Shown here one piece after another: positions 1 through 10,395 of a DNA stretch of 64,000 bases. The notes under the pieces were generated by a model. It was not told the DNA's origin, made no database searches, and saw only the letters and a list, made by a program, of their open reading frames with translations. Position 1 is the stretch's first letter. Each line of letters starts with the position of its first letter. Origin of the DNA: a bacterium (lineage in GTDB: Bacteria; Patescibacteriota; Minisyncoccia; Phycocordibacterales; JABMNX01); contig NZBM01000015.1 in NCBI GenBank assembly GCA_002687905.1, positions 2,811 to 66,810 of the forward strand, written 5' to 3'. The position numbers and the translations under genes are program-made.

Positions 1-2
1 TT

Positions 3-554
3 TGGGCCAGGAGCTTTGAAGTAATTCCAGGAGTCTATAGTGCAGTCTCTTATATAGATAATCCAAATATAAACGCAGGATCAGACGCTGTTCCTTATAC
101 GCTAAAGCTGTTTGATGATGCAGGGATTCTTATAGCAGAAAGAAAAAACATTACTTTCATAACACCGAATTCAATAAATCCAATATTTGAGGGAGGTATT
201 GCAACGGGAGAGAGAAAACCTACAAAGGCTTTCTTGGCATTTGATGAGACTCCGGCTTGGGAAATAAGAGATAGTCTGGCACAGAACATTTCTGTGAGAA
301 ATCAGCTTCTTCAGAACGAAGAATCAGCTCCTAAGGTGACTGCTGAAGTTGTAAACACGGGGGTTGATTCTCTGGGGGATGTAGAAGTCGTTGTGGTACT
401 TTTTAACAGAAAGGACAATGCAATAGCAGCGTCTAAAACCATAATTGGTCACCTTGGTGTTGGTGCTAGCGAACCAGTGGTATTTACGTGGCCTAAATCT
501 TTTGATGTTCCAGTGTCTCGTTTTGAGATATTGCCACGGATTCCTCACCAGTAA
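3..554 (+). CDS. Hypothetical protein, 5'-truncated by the window edge
   Basis: The frame of ORF 234..554 is open back to position 3 (WARSFEVIPGVYSAVSYIDNPN...). Its stop lies 1 nt before the rodA ATG. Confidence 0.75.
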   Translation, partial: WARSFEVIPGVYSAVSYIDNPNINAGSDAVPYTLKLFDDAGILIAERKNITFITPNSINPIFEGGIATGERKPTKAFLAFDETPAWEIRDSLAQNISVRNQLLQNEESAPKVTAEVVNTGVDSLGDVEVVVVLFNRKDNAIAASKTIIGHLGVGASEPVVFTWPKSFDVPVSRFEILPRIPHQ

Positions 555-555
555 C

Positions 556-1722
556 ATGGTGGAAGCTATAGCAGATTACAAAAATGGTGTGCATACTAAG
601 CGCGCCATTTCGTTTTTTAGACATATTGATTGGATTCTCTTCTCCTCGTCTTTGCTTCTTGTCTTTTCCGGTATTGTAACGATGAATTCCTTCTCGGGAG
701 AAAATTATTTTTTTGAAAATCAGTTAATATGGGCATCTTTGGGAGTTGGTTTGTTTTTTCTTTTAAGTGGTATTGATTTTAGATTTCTAAGGAGGACCAG
801 TGTAATAATTGCTCTTTTTGTTGGCTCGGTACTACTCCTTCTTCTCCTTTTTTTGTTTGGGGATATTGTAAAAGGAGCACAAAGTAGGTTTGATTTCGGG
901 CTTTTAGCGGTTCAGCCGGCAGATCCTATAAAGCTTGTAGTTATACTTCTTCTAGCTAAATACTTCACCAGAAGACATATTGAAATAGCAAACATTAGAC
1001 ACATTATTGTATCTGGTTTTTATGCTTTCATTATCTTTACGCTAATCTTATTACAGCCAGACCTTGGCTCTGCGATAATTGTTGCGTTAATCTGGCTTGG
1101 AATGGTCTTTGCTTCGGGGATATCAAAGAGACATTTTCTTGCGGTTTTGCTTCTGGGAGCAGTGGCTTCAGTTGGAATGTGGTTTTATGTGTTTGAGGAT
1201 TATCAAAAAGATAGGATTTTAACGTTTATTCACCCTCTTACAGATATTCGTGGTGCTGGATACAATGCGTATCAATCTACCATCGCGGTTGGCTCGGGAG
1301 AAATTTTTGGCAAAGGGGTAGGGTATGGCACGCAGAGTAAACTTCAATTTTTACCAGAATATGAGACTGATTTTATTTTCGCAGCTTTTGCTGAAGAATG
1401 GGGATTTGTTGGGGTGATTTTGTTATTTATACTTTTCTCCATCGTTATATGGCGAGTGCTAGAGAATGCCAAAATAGGAGCGACTAATTTTGAAATACTT
1501 TTTGGAATAGGTCTTGCGACTTTATTTATCAGCCATTTTGCAATACACGTTGGTATTAATGTTGGGCTCTTGCCCGTTACAGGAACGACCATTCCTTTTA
1601 TGAGTTACGGCGGTTCTCATTTGATAACCGAATTTGTTGGACTTGGAATATTAATGGGAATGAGGCGTTACGCAAGAGCAATTCACAGAGATGATACCGA
1701 AAGGGAATTCCACGCTATTTAG
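556..1722 (+). CDS. rodA: Rod shape-determining protein RodA (SEDS peptidoglycan polymerase)
   Basis: Multi-TM protein with QPDLGSA, GYNAYQSTIAVGSG, FLPEYETDFIF and TIPFMSYGGS motifs. Start moved to ATG 556, just after the upstream stop. Confidence 0.92.
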   Translation: MVEAIADYKNGVHTKRAISFFRHIDWILFSSSLLLVFSGIVTMNSFSGENYFFENQLIWASLGVGLFFLLSGIDFRFLRRTSVIIALFVGSVLLLLLLFLFGDIVKGAQSRFDFGLLAVQPADPIKLVVILLLAKYFTRRHIEIANIRHIIVSGFYAFIIFTLILLQPDLGSAIIVALIWLGMVFASGISKRHFLAVLLLGAVASVGMWFYVFEDYQKDRILTFIHPLTDIRGAGYNAYQSTIAVGSGEIFGKGVGYGTQSKLQFLPEYETDFIFAAFAEEWGFVGVILLFILFSIVIWRVLENAKIGATNFEILFGIGLATLFISHFAIHVGINVGLLPVTGTTIPFMSYGGSHLITEFVGLGILMGMRRYARAIHRDDTEREFHAI

Positions 1723-2843
1723 TAAAGAGAGAAAATCTTATTTTTCATATCTTCAAGAGAGAATTCTTCATTTACCTTTTTCTTTAACCCCTTCCCAAGC
1801 CTGTCTCCCAAATCTTTATCTTTAATAATTAAATTTAGAGCATTAGCTATAGCTTTTTCGTCCTTAGAGGGCACAAGTAAGCCAGATTTTCTATGCTCTA
1901 TTATTTCCGGCATTCCTCCTATATCGCTTGCCACTACAGGAAGGGCTCTTGCTCCAGCTTCAAGAATCGCATACGGCAAACCTTCTTTTGTTGATGTTTG
2001 AGCGTAAACATCAAGAGCTTTTAGGTATTGAGGCATGTTATCAATGTGACCCAGTAAAAACACCTTTTTATTAAGAGAATAGTTGTTTATGAGATTTTTT
2101 AATTTTTCTCTAAGTTCTCCTTCGCCAAAAATAAAAAGGTATATGTCTTTGTTAGATTTAGAAAGTCTTTTGAATGCGTCGATTGTGTACTCAAGTCCTT
2201 TATTTGGGGTAAGCTCTATACCTGTTCCAATCCACATTGCATCAGCTGGTATGCTTTCTCCCATACTTTCTGTAAGTTTTGACCTAGCGTTTCTTTTGCT
2301 AAGAAATTCTATTTCTCCAACACCATTGTGTATCAAATGAAGTTTATTTTTTGAGAATAAGTTAGGAGTCTTTTTAAAATCATTCTTTGAGACCACAATT
2401 ATTTTGTCTGAAAGGACTGAAGTTACAAGAGAGCCAGCCCAAGTAACTATCTTCCAAAAAACACCCCGGTCTTCCTTAAAGGGCCAGCCGTGAGCAGTAA
2501 AGATTATTTTTCCTACTCCGGTAAGTTTTCCTAGAAACGCGCCCATAGCTGCTGCCTTTGAGCTATGAAGATGTATTATGTCTGGTTCCTCTTCTTTAAG
2601 AATTTTATAAGTTGAAATAAATGCTTGGAAGTCTTTAAAGACTCTTACGTCTCTATCCATTCCTTTAATTTTTATGACTCTTATTCCAGCATTTTTTAGT
2701 TTTTTAACTAGTGATCCAGAGCCACCGCATGCAACAGCAACATCAAACTTGCTCCCATCAAGTAAGGTAGCCAAATCAAGCACCTGTTTTTGCGCTCCTC
2801 CAAAGTTTGATTTTGTGATGAAATATATGACTTTTTTTCTCAT
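1719..2843 (-). CDS. Glycosyltransferase family 4
   Basis: N-terminal ITKSNFGGAQ, HLHSSKA, and EGLPYAILEA (EX7E). Start taken at MRKKV (2843) to avoid overlap with the divergent gene. Confidence 0.9.
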   Translation of the reverse strand: MRKKVIYFITKSNFGGAQKQVLDLATLLDGSKFDVAVACGGSGSLVKKLKNAGIRVIKIKGMDRDVRVFKDFQAFISTYKILKEEEPDIIHLHSSKAAAMGAFLGKLTGVGKIIFTAHGWPFKEDRGVFWKIVTWAGSLVTSVLSDKIIVVSKNDFKKTPNLFSKNKLHLIHNGVGEIEFLSKRNARSKLTESMGESIPADAMWIGTGIELTPNKGLEYTIDAFKRLSKSNKDIYLFIFGEGELREKLKNLINNYSLNKKVFLLGHIDNMPQYLKALDVYAQTSTKEGLPYAILEAGARALPVVASDIGGMPEIIEHRKSGLLVPSKDEKAIANALNLIIKDKDLGDRLGKGLKKKVNEEFSLEDMKNKIFSLY

Positions 2844-2898
2844 AGAATATTGGAACTTGCCCCAGATATAATTCGTTGTAACATATGACCACAACATC

Positions 2899-4254
2899 AT
2901 GACAGTAGCAAGTAAGAAAGAGCCAGTAGTTCTCCTTCTTGGAGACCTTTTATTTTTCGCAAGTGCTTTGTGGCTAACCCTATTTTTTAGGCATTTTGAA
3001 ACTCCCTCAATAGATGCTTTTTATAACCATTTAACTCCATTTTCGTTTCTGTTTATTGTGTGGATTCTTGTCTTTGCTATAGCGGGGCTTTATGCGAAAC
3101 AAACCACAATACTTAAGAGAAAACTTACTGAAGTAATACTTCGTGCTCAAATTGCAAACGTAGGAATTGCTGCAATATTTTTCTTCTTCATTCCTTATTT
3201 TGGGATTACACCAAAAACAACTCTATTTATATATCTATTTACTTCATTTGTCCTAATTTACATATGGCGCGTATTTCTATTCTCGGGACTCCGTTCAAAA
3301 AGGAAAAATGGAGCGCTTCTGATTGGAAGTGGAGATGAGGTTGATGAGCTTATAGCGGAAGTTAATAGAAACGGAAGGTATCCCCTTCGTTTTGTAGCCG
3401 CCGTTGATGTGGACACGGTTGACCCACTTCTATTAGAAAAAGAAATATTTGGAATTATTGAAAGAGAAAAAGTTTCTGTTGTTGTAGTTGATACCCAACA
3501 CGTAAACGTAGAGCCTTTGCTCCCCATTCTTTATGATTTATCGCTTCTTCAGGTAAGACTTAATGTTATTGACCTTGGTAGGACGTATGAAGACATTTTT
3601 GATAGGGTCCCGCTTTCGTTTTTGCGACACACTTGGCTTCTTGAAAACGTATCTGCTTCGCCCAAGCCAGTTTATGATTTCATAAAAAGATCAATGGATA
3701 TAGTGGTTTCTTTGATAGGGGGAGTTTTGTCTCTCGTGTTCTACCCTTTTATTTTTGCGGCAATTAAAATTGAAGACGGCGGAAAGATATTTATTTCTCA
3801 AGAGAGAGTGGGGAGGAATAACAAAATAGTAAAGATAGTGAAATTTAGGACTATGAGCGGTTCAGATAGTGGAGATAAAGTGCTTAGATCCAATCTTGTA
3901 GTTACTAGAGTCGGTAAAATCCTTAGAGACTTTAGAATTGATGAATTGCCGCAACTTTGGAATGTGCTTTTTGGGGACCTTTCTTTTGTGGGACCTAGGC
4001 CGGAACTTCCTGCCCTTGTTGAGACTTATAATGAGAGAGTGCCGTATTACAACGTAAGGCATGTGATAAAGCCGGGTCTTACTGGCTGGGCTCAAGTCCG
4101 TCATGAAAAGCATCCACACCACGGTACGGATGTGGACGCGACAAAAGAGAAGCTCTCTTATGACCTTCATTATCTAAAAAGGAGATCGTTTTTACTTGAT
4201 ATATATATTGCACTACAGACTATTAAAATAGTGCTGACAAAAAGCGGAAAGTAA
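2899..4254 (+). CDS. Polyprenyl-phosphate glycosylphosphotransferase (WcaJ/WbaP-like priming sugar transferase)
   Basis: N-terminal TMs plus the bacterial sugar transferase domain (KFRTM, RIDELPQLWNV, GPRPE, KPGLTGWAQV). Confidence 0.92.
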   Translation: MTVASKKEPVVLLLGDLLFFASALWLTLFFRHFETPSIDAFYNHLTPFSFLFIVWILVFAIAGLYAKQTTILKRKLTEVILRAQIANVGIAAIFFFFIPYFGITPKTTLFIYLFTSFVLIYIWRVFLFSGLRSKRKNGALLIGSGDEVDELIAEVNRNGRYPLRFVAAVDVDTVDPLLLEKEIFGIIEREKVSVVVVDTQHVNVEPLLPILYDLSLLQVRLNVIDLGRTYEDIFDRVPLSFLRHTWLLENVSASPKPVYDFIKRSMDIVVSLIGGVLSLVFYPFIFAAIKIEDGGKIFISQERVGRNNKIVKIVKFRTMSGSDSGDKVLRSNLVVTRVGKILRDFRIDELPQLWNVLFGDLSFVGPRPELPALVETYNERVPYYNVRHVIKPGLTGWAQVRHEKHPHHGTDVDATKEKLSYDLHYLKRRSFLLDIYIALQTIKIVLTKSGK

Positions 4255-5171
4255 TGGATAAGTTTAAAAATAAAAAAGTTTTAGTTACGGGAGGGGCGGG
4301 TTTTATAGGTTCTCATATTGTAGATTTATTGCTTGAAAACGGGGCAGAAGTGCACGTTGTGGATAATTTGTGTGCAGGGAAACGCGAGAACGTGAATGAT
4401 AAAGCAGTGCTTCACGTAGTTGATATAAGGGACAAAGACAAATTAGCGCCAATATTTAAAGGAGCTAGCTTTGTATTTCACGAAGCAGCAGTGCCTCGAG
4501 TGCCGTATTCCATAGAGCATCCAGAAGAGACACACGACAATAATGTAAATGGAACGCTAGATGTGCTTAGTGTGTCAAAAGAAGCTGGGGTGAGAAGATT
4601 TATTTTTGCGGCATCAAGCTCGGCTTATGGTGATAAAGAAGAAATGCCACTTAGAGAGGATATGCCCGCAGAATCAGTACATCCATATGGTCTTCAGAAA
4701 TATATTGGGGAGCTGTACGCTAAGTTATATAGCGATTTATATGATTTAGAGACAGTATCACTACGATATTTTAATGTTTATGGCCCAAGGCTCGATCCTG
4801 AAGGGGATTATGCACTTGTAATAGGGAGATTTTTAAAGCAAAGAAAAGAAGGAGAGCCGCTTACAATTGTGGGTGACGGAGAACAAACACGAGATTTTAC
4901 TCATGTTCACGATGTTGCCCGAGCAAATATTTTGGCAGCTTTATCAAATAAAGTGGGTAGAGGAGAGGTCATAAATATAGGGGCGGGGGAAAGCCATAGT
5001 GTTAATGAATTGGCCGAAATATTAGGAGGTGAACGTAAGACGCTCCCTCCAAGAGTAGAGGCGCGGCACACCCTAGCAGATAACAGAAAGGCAAAAGAGC
5101 TTCTTGGATGGACTCCAGAAATTTCATTTCAAGACGGAATAGGCGAGTTAAAGAAGATTTTTGGACTTTAA
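4254..5171 (+). CDS. NAD-dependent nucleotide-sugar epimerase/dehydratase (UDP-glucose/GlcNAc 4-epimerase-like)
   Basis: TGGAGFIGSH, YGLQK (YxxxK), LRYFNVYGP, GDGEQTRDF. Confidence 0.9.
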   Translation: MDKFKNKKVLVTGGAGFIGSHIVDLLLENGAEVHVVDNLCAGKRENVNDKAVLHVVDIRDKDKLAPIFKGASFVFHEAAVPRVPYSIEHPEETHDNNVNGTLDVLSVSKEAGVRRFIFAASSSAYGDKEEMPLREDMPAESVHPYGLQKYIGELYAKLYSDLYDLETVSLRYFNVYGPRLDPEGDYALVIGRFLKQRKEGEPLTIVGDGEQTRDFTHVHDVARANILAALSNKVGRGEVINIGAGESHSVNELAEILGGERKTLPPRVEARHTLADNRKAKELLGWTPEISFQDGIGELKKIFGL

Positions 5172-5181
5172 TCTAGAAAGA

Positions 5182-5210
5182 TTTACAAGATATAGCTAAA
5201 ATCATATACT
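5182..5210 (+). promoter_or_regulatory. Sigma70-type promoter for a probably leaderless secDF transcript
   Basis: TTTACA-17 nt-TATACT, with the ATG 7 nt after the -10 box. Confidence 0.6.
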
Positions 5211-5217
5211 TCTAGCC

Positions 5218-6552
5218 ATGTGGAAAATACGCGGGCTAGCCATTTTAATACTGATAATAGGCCTATCTATAGGCTATTTTGTGTTCTCTTCCGAGAAATC
5301 GGATTCTGAATTTTCATTCAAATTTGGACTTGATCTGGCTGGTGGAACCCACCTTGTCTATCGTGCGGATACCAGTGCAGTAAATGAAAGCGATATACGC
5401 GAGTCAATGACAGCACTTCGTGACGTCATTGAAAGAAGAGTGAATCTATTTGGTGTTTCAGAACCTATTGTGCAAGCTGAGCGCGGGGGACGCCTTGCAG
5501 GCGTGGTTGAAGAGCGCCTTATTGTAGAGCTTCCCGGTGTAACTGATACAGCTGAAGCAGTTGAATTAATTGGTCAGACTCCGGTACTTGAATTTAGACT
5601 TCTTCGCGAAGATGTAGATTTGCCGCCAGAGCCACTTGATACAAGCACAATTGACCCTGATTCTATATTTTTGCCAGCTGAAATAACGGGAAGGCATTTA
5701 AAACGCTCTTTACTTGAATTTGGACAAGGGCACTCCGGGCTTTCAAATGAAGCTATAGTTGTTCTTGAATTTAACAGGGAAGGGGCAGATTTATTTGCTG
5801 AAATTACTAGAGAAAACGTCGGAGAAATCTTGGCGATCTTTCTTGACGGCTCGCCCATATCAACCCCGGTAATACAAAGCGAAATTACAGGAGGTAGTGC
5901 AACTATTACAGGAAACTTTGCCCCAGAGGAAGCCCGCGAGCTGGTGCGCAATTTAAACTTCGGAGCACTCCCACTGCCAATTGAGCTCATTTCGACTCAA
6001 ACCATAGGAGCTTCGCTTGGAGGGGAGGCGCTTGAAAGAGGTATAGAGTCTGGACTCTTTGGACTTGGTGCAGTGGCATTATTTATGCTTTTTTGGTATC
6101 GCTTGCCGGGAGTGGTGGCGATTTTATCTCTTTCAATTTATATCGCTATAATGCTCGCAATATTTAAACTGGTGCCGGTAACTCTTACCGCAGCAGGAGT
6201 TGCAGGATTCATTCTCTCAATTGGTCTTGCAGTGGACGCCAACGTTCTTATTTTTGAGCGAATGAAAGAGGAGCTTAAAGAAGGGAAAAATACTGAAGAT
6301 TCAGTAAGAGATGGATTTGCGAGAGCCTGGTTTTCAATTAGAGACGGCAATTCTTCAAGTATCATTACAGCCATCATTCTCTTTTGGCTCGGCACCTCAC
6401 TTATTGAAGGGTTTGCCCTTACCTTTGGTATCGGAGTTATTGTGAGCATGCTAAGCGCAATTACTGTGAGTCGTACGTTCCTTTATGCACTTGGAAATTA
6501 CAGCAATCGTGGGTTAGTGAGGGCTTTATTTGGTAGCGGTCTTTATAGGTAA
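5218..6552 (+). CDS. secD: Protein translocase subunit SecD
   Basis: GLDLAGG, IERRVNLFGVSEP, IVELPG, GALPLP, AVDANVLIFER. Confidence 0.95.
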   Translation: MWKIRGLAILILIIGLSIGYFVFSSEKSDSEFSFKFGLDLAGGTHLVYRADTSAVNESDIRESMTALRDVIERRVNLFGVSEPIVQAERGGRLAGVVEERLIVELPGVTDTAEAVELIGQTPVLEFRLLREDVDLPPEPLDTSTIDPDSIFLPAEITGRHLKRSLLEFGQGHSGLSNEAIVVLEFNREGADLFAEITRENVGEILAIFLDGSPISTPVIQSEITGGSATITGNFAPEEARELVRNLNFGALPLPIELISTQTIGASLGGEALERGIESGLFGLGAVALFMLFWYRLPGVVAILSLSIYIAIMLAIFKLVPVTLTAAGVAGFILSIGLAVDANVLIFERMKEELKEGKNTEDSVRDGFARAWFSIRDGNSSSIITAIILFWLGTSLIEGFALTFGIGVIVSMLSAITVSRTFLYALGNYSNRGLVRALFGSGLYR

Positions 6553-6553
6553 T

Positions 6554-7456
6554 ATGTTCGTTGTTAAACACAGAAAGATTTTTTATACGATAACTGCAGT
6601 AATTGTGTTGGCTTCTCTTATTTCAGTTGGGGTCTGGGGGCTTAATTTTGGAATAGATTTCACAGGTGGAACGATAATGGAAATTAGTTATCCAAATGAG
6701 AAGCCAGGTAAAGAAAATTTAGTAAATAGATTGGAAGAAGTTGATATTGGCGGCTTTTCACTTCGTGAGACTGGAAAAAATGGATTTATACTGCGTACCC
6801 AAAATCTTTCAGAGGAAAGTAGACAAGAGATAGTAGGTCTTCTTACAATTGACGGTCAATTTGAGCTCGTTGAAGAGAGGGTGAATTCAATTGGGCCTGT
6901 TATAGGGGAAGAGCTTAGAAATAAAGCGCTAATTGCAATTGCGGTAACAATAGTAGCGATAATTCTTTTTGTTGCTGTTGCTTTCAGAAAAGTGAGCAAG
7001 CCTGTATCTTCTTTTAAATATGGACTAATTGCAATTGTTGCACTTCTTCACGACATTGTTGTGCCGGTTGGTATATTTGCGGCTCTTGGATATTTCTTGG
7101 GAGCTGAAGTTGATGTTCTTTTTGTGATGGCGCTTCTTGCAATTCTTGGCTATTCGGTAAATGACACGATAGTGGTGTTTGATAGAGTCCGAGAAAATCT
7201 AAAGCTAAATCATGAATTAAACAGAAAAGAGGATTTTGAGTTAACTGTTGGAAAAAGCCTCAATCAAACATACGTCCGCTCTATAAATACTTCAATTACA
7301 ACTATATTTGTGCTCCTTGCGCTATTTTTCCTAGGAGCCACTGCCACGCAAGACTTTGCATTGGTGCTTCTTACAGGAGTAATAGCTGGAACGTATTCTT
7401 CTATATTCCTTGCGACACCACTTTTGGTGACAGTAATGAAGTGGGGAGATAAATAG
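6554..7456 (+). CDS. secF: Protein translocase subunit SecF
   Basis: GIDFTGGT, ALLHD, GYSVNDTIVVFDRVRE, GTYSSIFLA. ATG at 6554, 1 nt after the secD stop. Confidence 0.95.
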   Translation: MFVVKHRKIFYTITAVIVLASLISVGVWGLNFGIDFTGGTIMEISYPNEKPGKENLVNRLEEVDIGGFSLRETGKNGFILRTQNLSEESRQEIVGLLTIDGQFELVEERVNSIGPVIGEELRNKALIAIAVTIVAIILFVAVAFRKVSKPVSSFKYGLIAIVALLHDIVVPVGIFAALGYFLGAEVDVLFVMALLAILGYSVNDTIVVFDRVRENLKLNHELNRKEDFELTVGKSLNQTYVRSINTSITTIFVLLALFFLGATATQDFALVLLTGVIAGTYSSIFLATPLLVTVMKWGDK

Positions 7457-7474
7457 TATTTAAATAAAAAGGGT

Positions 7475-7505
7475 AAGGGCCGCACTTCCGAAGAAGGCGG
7501 TCCTT
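7475..7505. terminator. Hairpin downstream of secF, possibly bidirectional
   Basis: AAGGGCCGC...GCGGTCCTT stem preceded by an A-tract. Confidence 0.4.
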
Positions 7506-7698
7506 GGTAGTTGTACGCGGTACTGGCAGTTTTCGGCGGCTAGGCGATGTTGATGAGGCCGTCACCTTGAGGCGACCGATCATCGTTCGGAATCCTGTCA
7601 TAGCAGGACCTTCTCTTCTCATTGCTTTCGCAGACCAATACTCACGTACAATTTGGTCTGTTTGGATACTAACAGGCACCCAAAATTCGTCATTAGCC

Positions 7699-7728
7699 CC
7701 ACCAAATCGCCATATGGCGATTTGGTGG
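7699..7728. repeat. Perfect 30-bp palindrome upstream of the rRNA promoter
   Basis: CCACCAAATCGCCAT|ATGGCGATTTGGTGG. Confidence 0.9.
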
Positions 7729-7737
7729 ACCGGTAGC

Positions 7738-7765
7738 TTGACTTATATAGCCATATAAGTAGACT
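7738..7765 (+). promoter_or_regulatory. 16S rRNA promoter
   Basis: TTGACT-16 nt-TAGACT, followed by a boxA-like TGCTCATTGAAAA near 7796-7808. Confidence 0.65.
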
Positions 7766-7907
7766 ATTACCTACTGCTCTTGAGCAGTTTTTAGTTGCTC
7801 ATTGAAAATTTAGTAGCATACACAACAAAAAAGAGAGTTATCTCTTCTTTTGTTCTGTCCATTTCTTTTAAATCCGGTCTTCTCTAGCTTGCTAGAGAGA
7901 ACCAATT

Positions 7908-9607
<1,700 letters not shown>

Positions 9608-9844
9608 TGGAACCGTCGATGCATTTTATGCACTGACTTAATTGGTTGATATTCTATACCTCTGCCTGCCGGCAGAGGAATCTGAAGATTTTTCTGTAGT
9701 TGCAGTCAGACAAAGGTATAGAAATAAGCAATAGTGTTGTACTTTTATCTACACTCGTTTTCTCGCATATGCGGGAGGCGCCGGACGTGCGTTACCGGTA
9801 GGGTGGACAGAACAAAAGAGGGTGTAACTAAAAAATAATCACAA

Positions 9845-9880
9845 AAAATTTGCGACCCAACCGGTTGAGTCGCAAATTTT
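9845..9880 (+). terminator. Intrinsic terminator closing the 16S-only transcript
   Basis: AAAATTTGCGAC...GTCGCAAATTTT inverted repeat immediately after the 3' processing arm. Confidence 0.7.
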
Positions 9881-9928
9881 GGCCTGCCTCGCCGGCAAGG
9901 CGGGCTTTAAATATAAGGTTTTAAAGAA

Positions 9929-9957
9929 TTGACTTCTTCAATTTGATGTGGTAGTAT
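9929..9957 (+). promoter_or_regulatory. Sigma70 promoter of cassette A
   Basis: TTGACT-17 nt-TAGTAT with an extended -10 TG. Confidence 0.65.
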
Positions 9958-9990
9958 GCAGATAGTTGAAATAAATCGAGGAGAGATGGA

Positions 9991-10185
9991 ATGAGCCTCC
10001 TGAAAAGAGAGGACCAGACGTGGTCCATTCGGCAAGTTTCTTTCCAAGCTGTTGTGGCGTTTCTGTTCGTCTACTTGGCTATCGTGGTATTCCGGGTTGG
10101 TGGGGTTGCTTTCGGGCTTCCGGAGCCAGACCGCATTGCCGTTTTTGATCTCCCAGTCCAGTGGCTTCTTGGGCTACTGAAATGA
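9991..10185 (+). CDS. Small hypothetical membrane protein (64 aa), SD-led cassette A
   Basis: GAGGAG 7 nt before the ATG, one hydrophobic helix, own promoter and downstream hairpin. Confidence 0.65.
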   Translation: MSLLKREDQTWSIRQVSFQAVVAFLFVYLAIVVFRVGGVAFGLPEPDRIAVFDLPVQWLLGLLK

Positions 10186-10188
10186 GAA

Positions 10189-10213
10189 GGGCCCGGCGCA
10201 AAGCGCCGGGCCC
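10189..10213. terminator. GC-rich perfect hairpin after cassette A
   Basis: GGGCCCGGCGC-AAA-GCGCCGGGCCC. Confidence 0.65.
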
Positions 10214-10320
10214 AAGAAGTTTTAATGGTTTGAGCTTTTGAAGTCATTTTGATACTATTTTTGCGATGCTCTGCATCGCTTTTTTAAATAAATATGCGGT
10301 GTGGTTACAAAACACAATAT

Positions 10321-10394
10321 GCGGGTGTAGCTCAGTTGGTTAGAGCGCGTCACTGATAATGACGAGGTCCTAGGTTCAAATCCTAGCATCCGCA
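10321..10394 (+). tRNA. tRNA-Ile (anticodon GAT), CCA not encoded
   Basis: Acceptor stem GCGGGTG/CATCCGC, D-arm GCTCAGTTGGTTAGAGC, anticodon arm CGTCA-CTGATAA-TGACG, T-loop GGTTCAAATCC. Confidence 0.97.
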
Positions 10395-10395
10395 C

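Noticed and set aside
445-555. Longest-ORF starts in the track (445, 6530, 11421, 14608, 32654, 35898, 39696, 44583, 53594 and others)
   Set aside because: They overlap upstream genes or promoters. Downstream ATGs abut the previous stop or match the family N-terminus.
10291-10330. AATATGCGG direct repeat at 10291 and 10316, overlapping the tRNA 5' end, as an att site
   Set aside because: Only 9 bp, at the 5' rather than the 3' end of the tRNA, and no integrase is present; likely a small local duplication.
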